A stretch of DNA of 64,000 nucleotides from Smithella sp. GTDB lineage: Bacteria > Desulfobacterota > Syntrophia > Syntrophales > Smithellaceae. Within the stretch, counting starts at the first letter, position 1. Each line of letters opens with the position of its first letter. The stretch covers positions 29,925-93,924 of the forward strand of contig JBEKRZ010000009.1 of the NCBI GenBank assembly GCA_049517435.1, read 5' to 3'. The position numbers and the translations under genes were made by a program. This document shows positions 45,012 to 54,442 of this stretch, in pieces. Under the pieces are notes generated by a model. It searched no databases and had not been told where the DNA came from. It saw only the letters and a list, made by a program, of their open reading frames with translations.

Positions 45012-45949
45012 GCTGGTTCCTTTAACCGTTTATAAATTTCTATCATTTGCTCTATTCCGGCCTGCAAGGTTATCTCCGGCTTGAAGCCCAAGGCTTCCAT
45101 GCGGCTCACATCCATACATTTTTTTAACATGCCATCCGGTTTCGAATTATCCCAGAAAATCTTCCCGCTATAACCCGTCAAACCAGCCACCATGCCAGCC
45201 AGTTCTTTGATACTGATATCAAGGCCGGTTCCAATGTTTATGAATTGATAATCGTCATAATTCTCAAGCATGAAGAGAATCGCACGCGCCATATCATCCA
45301 CATGCATGAACTCCCGCCGCGCAATGCCTGTACCCCATAGCGTAATAGAGGGAACATTTTCCGCCGAGGCATCCACAAAACGTTTCACCAATGCCGACAA
45401 GACATGCGAATGCTTTAAATCGAACGAGTCATTGGGGCCATACAAATTGCAAGGCATCAGGCTGATGCTGCTAAACCCATACTGCTTCTTGAGGCCCTCA
45501 AGCAATTTGATTCCCGCAATTTTTGCTATGGCATACCCTTCGTTGGTCGGCTCCGGCTTGCCGTTAAGAAGATATTCTTCTTTCATCGGTTGCGGGCACT
45601 CTTTAGGATAAATGCAAGAACTGCCCAAAAACACGAATTTATTGACGCCATGCTTCAGCGAAGCCGTCATCACATTATTCTGTATCTGCAAATTATCCAG
45701 TAGGAATGTGGCGGGATTATCAATATTGGCCTGAATGCCACCCACCTTGGCAGCGCACAGGATGACAATCTCGGGCTTTTCCCTTTCAAAGAACCGTACA
45801 ACCGCCATTTGATCGGTAAGATTGAGTTCTTTGCTCCCCACCGTAAGCAAATTCGTGAAACCTTGTTGCTGCAATAGCCGCATGGTTGCGGAACCTACCA
45901 TACCCTGGTGACCGGCAAGAAATGTTCTTATTCGTCTATTTAATATCAC
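45008..45949 (-). CDS. GDP-L-fucose synthase family epimerase/reductase (Fcl/ColC type)
   Basis: GHQGMVGSA, AAKVGGIQAN, GSSCIYPK and YAIAKIAG (YxxxK) are present. Its stop overlaps the ColD-like start by 4 nt. Confidence 0.8.
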   Translation of the reverse strand: MILNRRIRTFLAGHQGMVGSATMRLLQQQGFTNLLTVGSKELNLTDQMAVVRFFEREKPEIVILCAAKVGGIQANIDNPATFLLDNLQIQNNVMTASLKHGVNKFVFLGSSCIYPKECPQPMKEEYLLNGKPEPTNEGYAIAKIAGIKLLEGLKKQYGFSSISLMPCNLYGPNDSFDLKHSHVLSALVKRFVDASAENVPSITLWGTGIARREFMHVDDMARAILFMLENYDDYQFINIGTGLDISIKELAGMVAGLTGYSGKIFWDNSKPDGMLKKCMDVSRMEALGFKPEITLQAGIEQMIEIYKRLKEPA

Positions 45950-45976
45950 TATTTGTTCCTGCTAATCAAGTCTAAA

Positions 45977-46858
45977 TTATTCATACCAGCATCTCGGAAG
46001 ATGATAGTCTTTCTTATTGGGATTGTTCGGCCTGTCTAACTTGTGCGGAAATGTCAATGTTGGTTGTCTACTTGAGATTCTGTCTTTTCTTAAAAATGTG
46101 AACTCCATAGTTTGTGGAATTACGAACATTTTATAGATTGTTGTTTTCCCGGCGTTATTGGGGTGTATGTGAACTATTTCAAAATCTTTTAATAATTTTC
46201 TAAAGGTGAGATTGATAAGGTCAAAACCAGATTTGACGATAATGGCCTCTAATCGATGAAATTCAATCACTAAGATTCGAAATTTCCTAAGAGTTTCCCT
46301 ACTGGTATCAAATATAACCTCGTATTCGGCACCTTCAATATCCATTTGTAAAATGAAATCATTTTGGTTGGGAGATTTCCTGTTCACCCAATTTTCCAAA
46401 GTTATATGTATAGAATCTTCCATTTGGCCTAAGTATTTTTTTTCGAAATCAAATAGTTTATTTTGAATAGGTGGCGCTTCTACAGAATAATCGGCTAAAA
46501 AACATTTAATCCCTCTATTCGCAAATTCAAGCTCAAAATTTGCAACTCCGCATACACCAGATGAAAAACAGCAATTGATATTGTTTAAATCGTCAGGAAC
46601 AAGATAGCCGCCATCACCGTCACCACCAATACGAACGAGGTTGTGGTTTGTTGTTATTGGTTTAAGCAATGAAATAAAATCCCTTACTATGGCCACATCC
46701 GTTGTTTTACAAAGCAGTTTATTTTGATTTAAAAGCAAAGATTTTAGATAATTTCCTACGAAATTAGACATAACACATTTATTCCTCGATGTAATATTTA
46801 GACCGTTGCCTATGTACAGAATTTTTGAGCAACGCGCTCTAAACCTTATCTTTTTCAC
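45977..46858 (-). CDS. FkbM-like methyltransferase-family protein (start uncertain)
   Basis: LVRIGGDGDGGYLVPDD and FILQMDIEGAEYEVI resemble FkbM/Methyltransf_21 motifs. An alternative start is the ATG at 46771. Confidence 0.5.
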   Translation of the reverse strand: MKKIRFRARCSKILYIGNGLNITSRNKCVMSNFVGNYLKSLLLNQNKLLCKTTDVAIVRDFISLLKPITTNHNLVRIGGDGDGGYLVPDDLNNINCCFSSGVCGVANFELEFANRGIKCFLADYSVEAPPIQNKLFDFEKKYLGQMEDSIHITLENWVNRKSPNQNDFILQMDIEGAEYEVIFDTSRETLRKFRILVIEFHRLEAIIVKSGFDLINLTFRKLLKDFEIVHIHPNNAGKTTIYKMFVIPQTMEFTFLRKDRISSRQPTLTFPHKLDRPNNPNKKDYHLPRCWYE

Positions 46859-46974
46859 TTCCGTGATATTTTAGCAACGTGCAAATAATTCTGCAATCTT
46901 GGCATCACCTGAAGTTTTTCATAACTTCGTTTCTTCTGCTTTGTTTTAAACCCTGCCATCTTTGGTTTCTAATA

Positions 46975-48105
46975 TCAACTTCGCTTTTCTTTCAGTATAT
47001 TTTCATATATGGCTGCGTATTTTTTTGTTACATCGTCCCAAGTATTCTGAGTTGCTGTTTTATAGGCAGCTTCAACCAACGGCCTGCGAATATTTTCATC
47101 TAGCAGGAGAGCTATCTTTGCCGAGATATAATCAGTGTCAGATGTATCATTAATAATAAAGCCGTTGTTATTTTCTTGCACGATATCTTTAGCTCCGACA
47201 TTATTGCTGATAATTACAGGCAAGCCGGCTGCCATCGCCTCAAGGACAACATTGCCGAATGTATCGAACTTAGAGAGCATAATATAAAGATCACTGGCTA
47301 AATACATTTTGATTATTTTTTCTTTATTTACCGGACCGGTAAAAATTACATCAGAGATGATTTGAGCTTCTTGGGCCATTTTCGTATATTTTTTTATATT
47401 TCCTTTGCCGGCGACTATCAGTTTGAATTTATGATTTTGTGCTTTTAATTTAGCTAGAGAAAATAAAATTTCATCAAGTCCTTTAATCTCAAAATTCATC
47501 GAAACGAATAAGATTACCGGATCAGCAATGTTAATTCTTAATTCACGGCGGATAGTGTTACGCACAGAATCTTTATCCTGCCGCGCGTAATCATTTAAAT
47601 CCACACCGGGGTTAATAACAGCAACTTTATCGGGGTTGATATTGTATTCCTGTAAAAAAATATCTTTAGTCAGACTGGAGACGGCGATAAATTTTTTACA
47701 ATTACCTTTATAAACAAGTTCTTTTTCCACCCATGCGGTGGCCAGATCATAAAGACTCATCTTTTTACGGCGGATATTATGAACCCAGTAGCGGTGAGGA
47801 ATGCCGTGCATAGTGAAAATGTCGGCCGCGAAAATTCTTTCGTGGCTGTGTACGAGAGAAAAATTGTTGCGATTTATCTGGCGCTGGGCAAAATAAGCAA
47901 AACTGAGAGTAGTTAGAGATTTGGGGAATGAAAAAATGGGAATTCTATGAAATCTTATCGCGGTGGATGACGTCTGCCAGCGATTGGCCAATACATGAAA
48001 ATCAAAATCTGTTTGGTTGGCAAGCCGGTCGGTCAATTCGGCGGCGGTTTGTTCGGCTCCGCCGAGCAAACCATACTTTGGTATAACAACTGCTACTTTA
48101 TGCAT
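46975..48105 (-). CDS. GT4-family (group 1) glycosyltransferase
   Basis: MHKVAVVIPKYGLLGGAE... and DTFGNVVLEAMAAGLPVIISNNVGAKDIV (EX7E region) are present. I prefer the ATG at 48105. The track start at 48168 adds 21 atypical residues. Confidence 0.8.
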   Translation of the reverse strand: MHKVAVVIPKYGLLGGAEQTAAELTDRLANQTDFDFHVLANRWQTSSTAIRFHRIPIFSFPKSLTTLSFAYFAQRQINRNNFSLVHSHERIFAADIFTMHGIPHRYWVHNIRRKKMSLYDLATAWVEKELVYKGNCKKFIAVSSLTKDIFLQEYNINPDKVAVINPGVDLNDYARQDKDSVRNTIRRELRINIADPVILFVSMNFEIKGLDEILFSLAKLKAQNHKFKLIVAGKGNIKKYTKMAQEAQIISDVIFTGPVNKEKIIKMYLASDLYIMLSKFDTFGNVVLEAMAAGLPVIISNNVGAKDIVQENNNGFIINDTSDTDYISAKIALLLDENIRRPLVEAAYKTATQNTWDDVTKKYAAIYENILKEKRS

Positions 48106-48222
48106 AAATCCTGAAGCTCTTCTTTTTTTGAATGGATTAACTTTAACACAGAAAGAAGAAAAAATCATGTTTTAATAACTCCACATATATGGTATCAACT
48201 GCACCGGAAATGGATATGAATT

Positions 48223-48984
48223 ATGAAAAGATACTACAATTTGTTCAAGACTTTTAAAAACTGGCGGATATATATTGCTTATAAATACGGACTTGCCGAG
48301 ACGGAGCTTCTGGTATTTGAGACGCGCAATGGCGTGATTGTGGAAGTTCCCTTCAGACTTCTCCAAACTTTTAAATAAATTTTTATGGATGAATGTTACC
48401 TTGCCGGTTTGGAACACTCCATTCCCTCCGGTGCGACTGTAATTGATATTGGAGCCAATGCCGGTTATTTTACCATGTTTGTCGTCTCGTGTTTTGACGA
48501 TGCCCGGGTATTTTCTTTTGAACCAGTGCCGATCAATTATGCTCAATTGGAACGCCACCGCAATCTGAACCGTTCCAAACCGATAAAATGTTTTCCGAAA
48601 GCCGTGGCCGAACAAGCAGGAGAGATCATCCTTTCCTTTGATTCCAGTGATTCTTTTACCACCAGCGCTACAATCTTTAAACAAACTGACCAGAAGACAG
48701 AGTCAATCAAAGTTTCTTGCCTGACCCTTGGGCAAATAATGGATGAAAACGGCATTAACAAATGTGACCTCCTGAAAATGGATTGTGAAGGAGCAGAATA
48801 CGATATTCTATATAATTGTCCCCCGGATTATCTGCAACGAATAGATCAGATTGCCATGGAAGTCCATAGCTGAGGGCAAAAGAACAAAAACATTGAAGCT
48901 ATGGAAGCTTTCTTAAGAAAACAAGGATTTCTCACGCGTCGGAGGCCCGTCGGTATGCTGTGGGCCTGGCGTAAATCAAAATAA
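48223..48984 (+). pseudogene. FkbM-family methyltransferase interrupted by two in-frame stop codons
   Basis: One reading frame gives MKRYYNLFKTFKNWRIYIAYKYGLAETELLVFETRNGVIVEVPFRLLQTFK-TAA(48376)-IFMDECYLAGLEHSIPSGATVIDIGANAGYF...DLLKMDCEGAEYDIL...IAMEVHS-TGA(48871)-GQKNKNIEAMEAFLRKQGFLTRRRPVGMLWAWRKSK-TAA(48982). All three pieces look like consecutive parts of one FkbM protein. Confidence 0.7.
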
Positions 48985-49361
48985 ACAATTATTTCAGAAA
49001 TGGTCTTATGACGACTGGATGAATTCCTGTGTCTGTCACTGTTTTTCGAGATTCCACAAAGAATAAATTGCTTCACCGGCAATAACAATCATAGAAATGT
49101 TTTCAAACCTCTTTTGTAAACTAAAGAGATTAACAAGTAATAAAATAATCAGATATTCCAATTTTCCTTAAATGATTATGATGTTCTTAATGTTTTCTTG
49201 TTTTATATTTAAGACGGCTTCAAGTATTTTTATAATTTGCACTATTAAATAAATTCGTTTATTTTATAGTTGTTAAATAGGCAAATAAATTATAAATTAA
49301 CTTGATAAAAAATATGTTAGAAACAAAATAATTAATAAGGCTGTTTTCTGAGGAGAGATAT

Positions 49362-50168
49362 TTGGAAAAAGTTCCTCTTTCCATAGCTATAATAACAAAG
49401 AATGAAGAAGGGAATATTCGATCTTGTCTGCAGAGTATTTCTTTTGCCGGCCAGATTGTTGTTGTTGACTCAGGCAGTTCTGATAAAACACTGGAAATTG
49501 CCGCTACATTTGGTTGTGAAATATATCGGGAAGAGTGGCTGGGTTTCGGTCCGCAGAAACAATCAGCGATTGAAAAGTGTCGCCATCCCTGGATATTAGT
49601 GCTTGATGCCGACGAGCGTATTCCTCCCGACACTGCGGATATCATAAAAAAAATTGTAACTGACTCTAATATAAAAGAAGCAGGATTCAGCTTTCCTCGC
49701 AAGAATTATTTTCAAGGGCGATGGATCAAGCATGCCGGTTGGTGGCCTGATCGAATTGTTCGTTTATTCCGCAAAGAAATAGGCCGAATGACCGCGGCAA
49801 TCGTCCACGAATCTGTGGAAGTTCAGGGAATGGTCGGGGCATTGGATGCGGCCATTGATCATTATACGGAGAGCCGGTTAAGCAAAATCATTCAAAAAAT
49901 TGATAAATATTCAACTTTGGGCGCCGAAGCCGCCTTTCGGGAAGGAAAGATCTCTTCAACCGGCGGTGCCTTTATGCGCGCTTTTTTCACTTTTGTTCAG
50001 GATTATTTCTTTCGTCTGGGTGTTTTGGACGGCATGCCCGGGTTAACGCTGGCTGTTACTGATTCAGTTAATAAATTTTTCAAATATGCGAAATTGAACG
50101 AACTTACAAAAATAAACCGTGGCGGTGGAGCACCTCCGGCAGGAGCTGGCGGCTCCTTTCCAAAATAG
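49362..50168 (+). CDS. GT2-family glycosyltransferase (LPS-core type)
   Basis: It uses a TTG start with GAGGAG upstream. LSIAIITKNEEGNIRSCLQSISFAGQIVVVDSGSSDKTLEIA and LDADE are present. Confidence 0.8.
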   Translation: MEKVPLSIAIITKNEEGNIRSCLQSISFAGQIVVVDSGSSDKTLEIAATFGCEIYREEWLGFGPQKQSAIEKCRHPWILVLDADERIPPDTADIIKKIVTDSNIKEAGFSFPRKNYFQGRWIKHAGWWPDRIVRLFRKEIGRMTAAIVHESVEVQGMVGALDAAIDHYTESRLSKIIQKIDKYSTLGAEAAFREGKISSTGGAFMRAFFTFVQDYFFRLGVLDGMPGLTLAVTDSVNKFFKYAKLNELTKINRGGGAPPAGAGGSFPK

Positions 50169-50242
50169 ACATCCCGCGGATTGCAGAACGCATTCAATCC
50201 CCGGCGGTAGAAGAGGATGTTCTGCGGCGAGGTAAATGATCT

Positions 50243-51187
50243 ATGAATAAGCGCTATGGTAAACAACCGGCTGATAGAATTGATATATCGCTAATTATTA
50301 TCAACTGGAATACAAAAGACCTCCTGAGAAACTGCCTGAACTCAGTATATCAAACAGTCCATAATCTGCTCTTTGAGATAATCGTTGTTGATAATGCCTC
50401 ATCTGATGGCTCTATTGTTATGCTGGAGAAGGAATTTCCTTTCGTCATCAGAATTGTCAATGAAGAAAATAAAGGCTTTGGCGCGGCTAATAATCAGGCG
50501 CTGGCGATAATAAAAGGCAAGTACGCCCTTTTATTAAATACTGATACTGTATTAATGTCCGAAGCGGTAAACAAATTATGGAATTTTTGTGAGGCAAATG
50601 ACAAGGCCGCAATTGTGTGCGGGCAGCTGTTGAATGCCGATGGCACAAAACAAAACTCTATTGCCTCATTTCCCAGTTTACTTACGCTTGCCGCCAACAC
50701 TTCGCTTCTGGAATATTTATTTCCCGGCCGGTATCCCAGTAAAAGATACAAACACACAGCTCCTATTGAAGTCGATTCGGCTATCGGCGCCTGCATGATG
50801 ATCAGAAAAAAAGCTTTGGATGAAGCGGGCGCTTTTGACGAACGTTACTTCTTCTTTTTTGAAGAAACTGATTTGGCTTACACAATGAGCCTTAAAGGTT
50901 GGAAAATTTATCAGGTACCAGATGCTTTTGTCTATCATTTACAGGGACAAAGTATTGGACACAATATAAGCTCACGAATTGAATTTTACCGCTCACGATA
51001 TCAATTTTTAAGAAAATGGCACGGGCCTCTTTATTGCTATTTGGCCGACGGCATAATTTTTTTGCGGTTATTGATCAACGAAGTTTTTAGCGCTATATTT
51101 GCCGCCTTGACTTTAGGTTTGAACAAAAAGTTGCGGCATAAATTGGTCATTTATTCTGAATTAATCCATTGGCATTTTCAAAAATAA
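50243..51187 (+). CDS. GT2-family glycosyltransferase
   Basis: ISLIIINWNTKDLLRNCLNSV...EIIVVDNASSDGS, NKGFGAANN and a C-terminal TM segment are present. Confidence 0.8.
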   Translation: MNKRYGKQPADRIDISLIIINWNTKDLLRNCLNSVYQTVHNLLFEIIVVDNASSDGSIVMLEKEFPFVIRIVNEENKGFGAANNQALAIIKGKYALLLNTDTVLMSEAVNKLWNFCEANDKAAIVCGQLLNADGTKQNSIASFPSLLTLAANTSLLEYLFPGRYPSKRYKHTAPIEVDSAIGACMMIRKKALDEAGAFDERYFFFFEETDLAYTMSLKGWKIYQVPDAFVYHLQGQSIGHNISSRIEFYRSRYQFLRKWHGPLYCYLADGIIFLRLLINEVFSAIFAALTLGLNKKLRHKLVIYSELIHWHFQK

Positions 51188-51384
51188 TAATTGCCCGCAA
51201 AACAAAAACAAGGGCACTAATCCATTGACAGCATGGCATGGTTTTAGTAATAATCAGCAGTCCCTTCGATAAGTTATATTCATTTAATTAATGTAACTGA
51301 GAGGGCGGAGCTATAAGTAATGTATCTCCAGTCAAAGAATAATGTTTAGCTTAAAATACATTGAACCAGGAGGTAGATAAATTG

Positions 51385-52137
51385 ATGGAAGAAGTTTATA
51401 CTATTTTCAAGGGATTTCTTGATCCCCTTTTTATTGTTTTTGTTTTGCTCTTTATATCGTTCATTCTTTTCTTACTTAACTGCAAGAAAAAAAATGGCGC
51501 ATTGATTTTGTTGCTATCTATTGTTTTAATTTATGGCGCAAGCATTGCTCCCGTGGCCAATTATCTTTGCTATTATTTGGAAAAGGACTATATTAATAAC
51601 CCGACTATTGGAGATAAAAATATTGATGCTATCGTCGTATTAGGTTATGGCACGAAAGACATCAATGCCTTAAAAAAAACTTTTAATACAGGAATAGAAT
51701 CTCTCCGGTTGCTTCATGCTGTTGTGGTTTATAATAAAACGAGCGCAAAGTATTTTGTTTGTTCCGGCAAAGGATATGGTAAAGTATCAGAAGCGGAAGT
51801 AATGGCGAGATTGGCGGAAAAATTAGGAGTTCCCAAAGAAAAAATCAGAATCGAGCCCAATTCAAAAAACACCGAAGAGAATGCCAGCGAGGTTAATAAA
51901 ATAGTTGTCAATAAAAATGTCAATATCGGTCTTGTCACTTCGGCTTTCCACATGGAGAGGAGCGAGCGGGAATTCAAAAAATATTTTAACAATGTAGTGC
52001 CGCTGCCCGCTCATTATTTATATTCATCGCCTACAGGAAATGTCGTTATTAAATATATGCCGCAGTCAGAAGAGCTTTATAAAACTTCCATTGCTTTAAA
52101 AGAAATTGTTGGGCAATTATGGCACAGATTGAAATAA
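51385..52137 (+). CDS. DUF218 (YdcF/ElyC/SanA-like) membrane-anchored protein
   Basis: An N-terminal TM pair is present, with IVVLGYG...GLVTSAFHMERS as in DUF218. I prefer the ATG at 51385, with AGGAGG 11 nt upstream. Confidence 0.7.
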   Translation: MEEVYTIFKGFLDPLFIVFVLLFISFILFLLNCKKKNGALILLLSIVLIYGASIAPVANYLCYYLEKDYINNPTIGDKNIDAIVVLGYGTKDINALKKTFNTGIESLRLLHAVVVYNKTSAKYFVCSGKGYGKVSEAEVMARLAEKLGVPKEKIRIEPNSKNTEENASEVNKIVVNKNVNIGLVTSAFHMERSEREFKKYFNNVVPLPAHYLYSSPTGNVVIKYMPQSEELYKTSIALKEIVGQLWHRLK

Positions 52138-52194
52138 TTATAAAGAAACGTCAAATTGGTTGTGAACAATGGTTAGTGGTGCGAAAGTCTCAAA

Positions 52195-53271
52195 ATGTTT
52201 ATTTCCGCTCAGCATAAAATAAATATTCCCGTCAGGAAAATATTAGTTATTCAACTAGGCGATATCGGCGATGTCGTCTGGGCAATTCCGGCATTTTGGT
52301 CTCTGAAAGCCGCATTTCCACAAGCCGGCCTTTCGGTGCTGGTGAGAAATCCCAATGGAGATCTGCTTTTAGACGATCCTCATGTAGATAAGATATTTCA
52401 AGTCGATCAACAAAGTGTATTCAGGGGATTGCAGTTGTTAAAAAATCTACGCCGGGAAAAATTTGATTTGCTTTTTGACCTGCGCGCTGATGATCGCGGG
52501 GCTTTTATTTCTTTCGTAAGCGGCGCAAGAATGAGAGCAGCGCTGTACTATCACGGGTTATTTTGGCGCAACAGGGCATTTACTCACCTTGTTGATCCGC
52601 CTCCCGTAAAAGAAAAAATATTGGGAGCGGCCGAGCAATCTCTCAAAATTATTCGTGCATTCGCAATCAAAGAAACAATTTCCACTCCGCAAATATTTGT
52701 CTTCGAAAAATTGAAAGGTAAAATATCTGCATTGTTAACCGAAGAAAAAGTCGAAACAAAACATGGTTGGATCAGTATCAATCCTTTCTCGCGTTGGCCG
52801 TATAAGGAATGGGATATGGATAAGTGGCGGCAGATTGCTTTATTTATCGGGCAAAAATATAAAATGCCGACGATAATCACCGGTTCGGCAGCGGAGAAAA
52901 AGCGAGCCGATGCCTTAGTCGCTACAAGTCTTTTTCCAATATATAATATGGCCGGTAAAACCACACTTCGCGAAGTGGCGGCTCTTTTGCAAATGAGCCG
53001 CCTGCATATTGGTGTGGATAGCGCGGCGCCGCATATTGCCGCGGCAGTCGGCACTCCAACAATTACAATCTATGGACCTTCTGATTGGCGCGACTGGGCG
53101 CCGCCGGGAGATAAAAATAAAGTTGTTCTGCCGGATATGGATTGTTCGCCCTGTTATAAAAAGGGTTGTGATGGAAACGGACGAAGCAAGTGTCTTGACA
53201 ATTTATCTGTTTCTAAAGTACAGGATTCCATAGAAACGATGCTGAATAATTTGGTGTTTAAAAAATCTTGA
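52195..53271 (+). CDS. GT9-family glycosyltransferase (heptosyltransferase-like)
   Basis: ILVIQLGDIGDVVWAIPAFWSLKAAFPQAGLSVLV, LLQMSRLHIGVDSAAPHIAAAVGTPTITIYGPS and DCSPCYKKGC are present. Confidence 0.8.
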   Translation: MFISAQHKINIPVRKILVIQLGDIGDVVWAIPAFWSLKAAFPQAGLSVLVRNPNGDLLLDDPHVDKIFQVDQQSVFRGLQLLKNLRREKFDLLFDLRADDRGAFISFVSGARMRAALYYHGLFWRNRAFTHLVDPPPVKEKILGAAEQSLKIIRAFAIKETISTPQIFVFEKLKGKISALLTEEKVETKHGWISINPFSRWPYKEWDMDKWRQIALFIGQKYKMPTIITGSAAEKKRADALVATSLFPIYNMAGKTTLREVAALLQMSRLHIGVDSAAPHIAAAVGTPTITIYGPSDWRDWAPPGDKNKVVLPDMDCSPCYKKGCDGNGRSKCLDNLSVSKVQDSIETMLNNLVFKKS

Positions 53272-53343
53272 TTAGGCTTTTCAAAATACCTTTATCCGCA
53301 TATTTACAGGAATAGAGATTACCACACATAAGGGGTAGGTTTA

Positions 53344-54081
53344 ATGGAAAGGCGCACTTTCAAAAGGTTATCAATTGTTGTGCCGGTTTACAACGAAAGT
53401 CGATATCTCGAAACTGTCATCAGCAAAGTGATTGCACAACCACTTCCTAGCGGTCTCGAACGAGAATTGATTCTGGTTAACGACGCTTCGCAAGATGATA
53501 CCTGGGATGTCATGCGATTATTACCGGATAAATTTCCGTCAATTCGGTTTCAATTAATTAATAAGCCGGTAAATGAAGGAAAGGGAGCGGCTTTAAGGGA
53601 CGGCTTTGCCAAAATCACAGGAGATATTGTGATTATCCAGGATGCCGATTTCGAGTATGATCCGGCAGATTATCTGAAGCTCTTGCAGCCTATTCTAGAC
53701 GATAAAGCCGATGTTGTTTACGGCAGCCGCTTTATTGGCGAGCCGCATCGCGTGATGTATTTCTGGCATCAAGTCGCCAATGACGTGTTAAATCTTTTTT
53801 CCAATATGCTAACTAATTTGAATCTTACAGATATGGAAGTATGTTATAAAGTTTTTATACGCGATGTTGTAGATCAAATCAAAATCAAGAGCCCACGGTT
53901 CGGAGTTGAACCGGAAATAACAGCTAAGATTGCCCGCATGCGTCTCAATGGCAAGCGGGTGCGTGTTTATGAAACTGGTATTTCTTATGCCGGACGAACC
54001 TATGAGGAAGGCAAAAAAATTGGCTGGAAGGATGCTGTATCGGCAATCATCCAGATTATCCGTTTCCGCTTTATGGATTAA
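53344..54081 (+). CDS. GT2-family polyprenyl-phosphate glycosyltransferase-like protein
   Basis: LSIVVPVYNESRYLETVI, LVNDASQDDT, KGAALRDG and IQDADFEYDP are present. Confidence 0.8.
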   Translation: MERRTFKRLSIVVPVYNESRYLETVISKVIAQPLPSGLERELILVNDASQDDTWDVMRLLPDKFPSIRFQLINKPVNEGKGAALRDGFAKITGDIVIIQDADFEYDPADYLKLLQPILDDKADVVYGSRFIGEPHRVMYFWHQVANDVLNLFSNMLTNLNLTDMEVCYKVFIRDVVDQIKIKSPRFGVEPEITAKIARMRLNGKRVRVYETGISYAGRTYEEGKKIGWKDAVSAIIQIIRFRFMD

Positions 54082-54442
54082 ATGTTTATCAAGTCCTTAT
54101 AGTATTTTTGAACAAGTCTAGTTGCGTTATTGCAAAAGGAATAATATCATTACAGCATTAGCTCGCTACCAAATTCAAGGTTATGTGGTCTTCTTACATA
54201 TGTTTTTAATACCGCTTGTTTTCCTGTCTAAAAATAAAAAATCATATCAAATTTAATATCTAAATATTCTTGGTTTTTATACCGGGAAAAAACAAGGTAA
54301 GATATTAAAATAATTTATTATTTTAATATAGTTGCATTTAAAGGCATTTATACAATTTTATCTTGACAATAAGCATAGTCTTATGCCGATATAACGGCAT
54401 AAAAATTTACTGTATTAATCAAGGAGGTTGAAAAGCGAAGTC

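Noticed and set aside
48172-48684. 170-aa ORF on the minus strand
   Set aside because: It is antisense to the FkbM pseudogene, whose plus-strand frame carries clear methyltransferase motifs.
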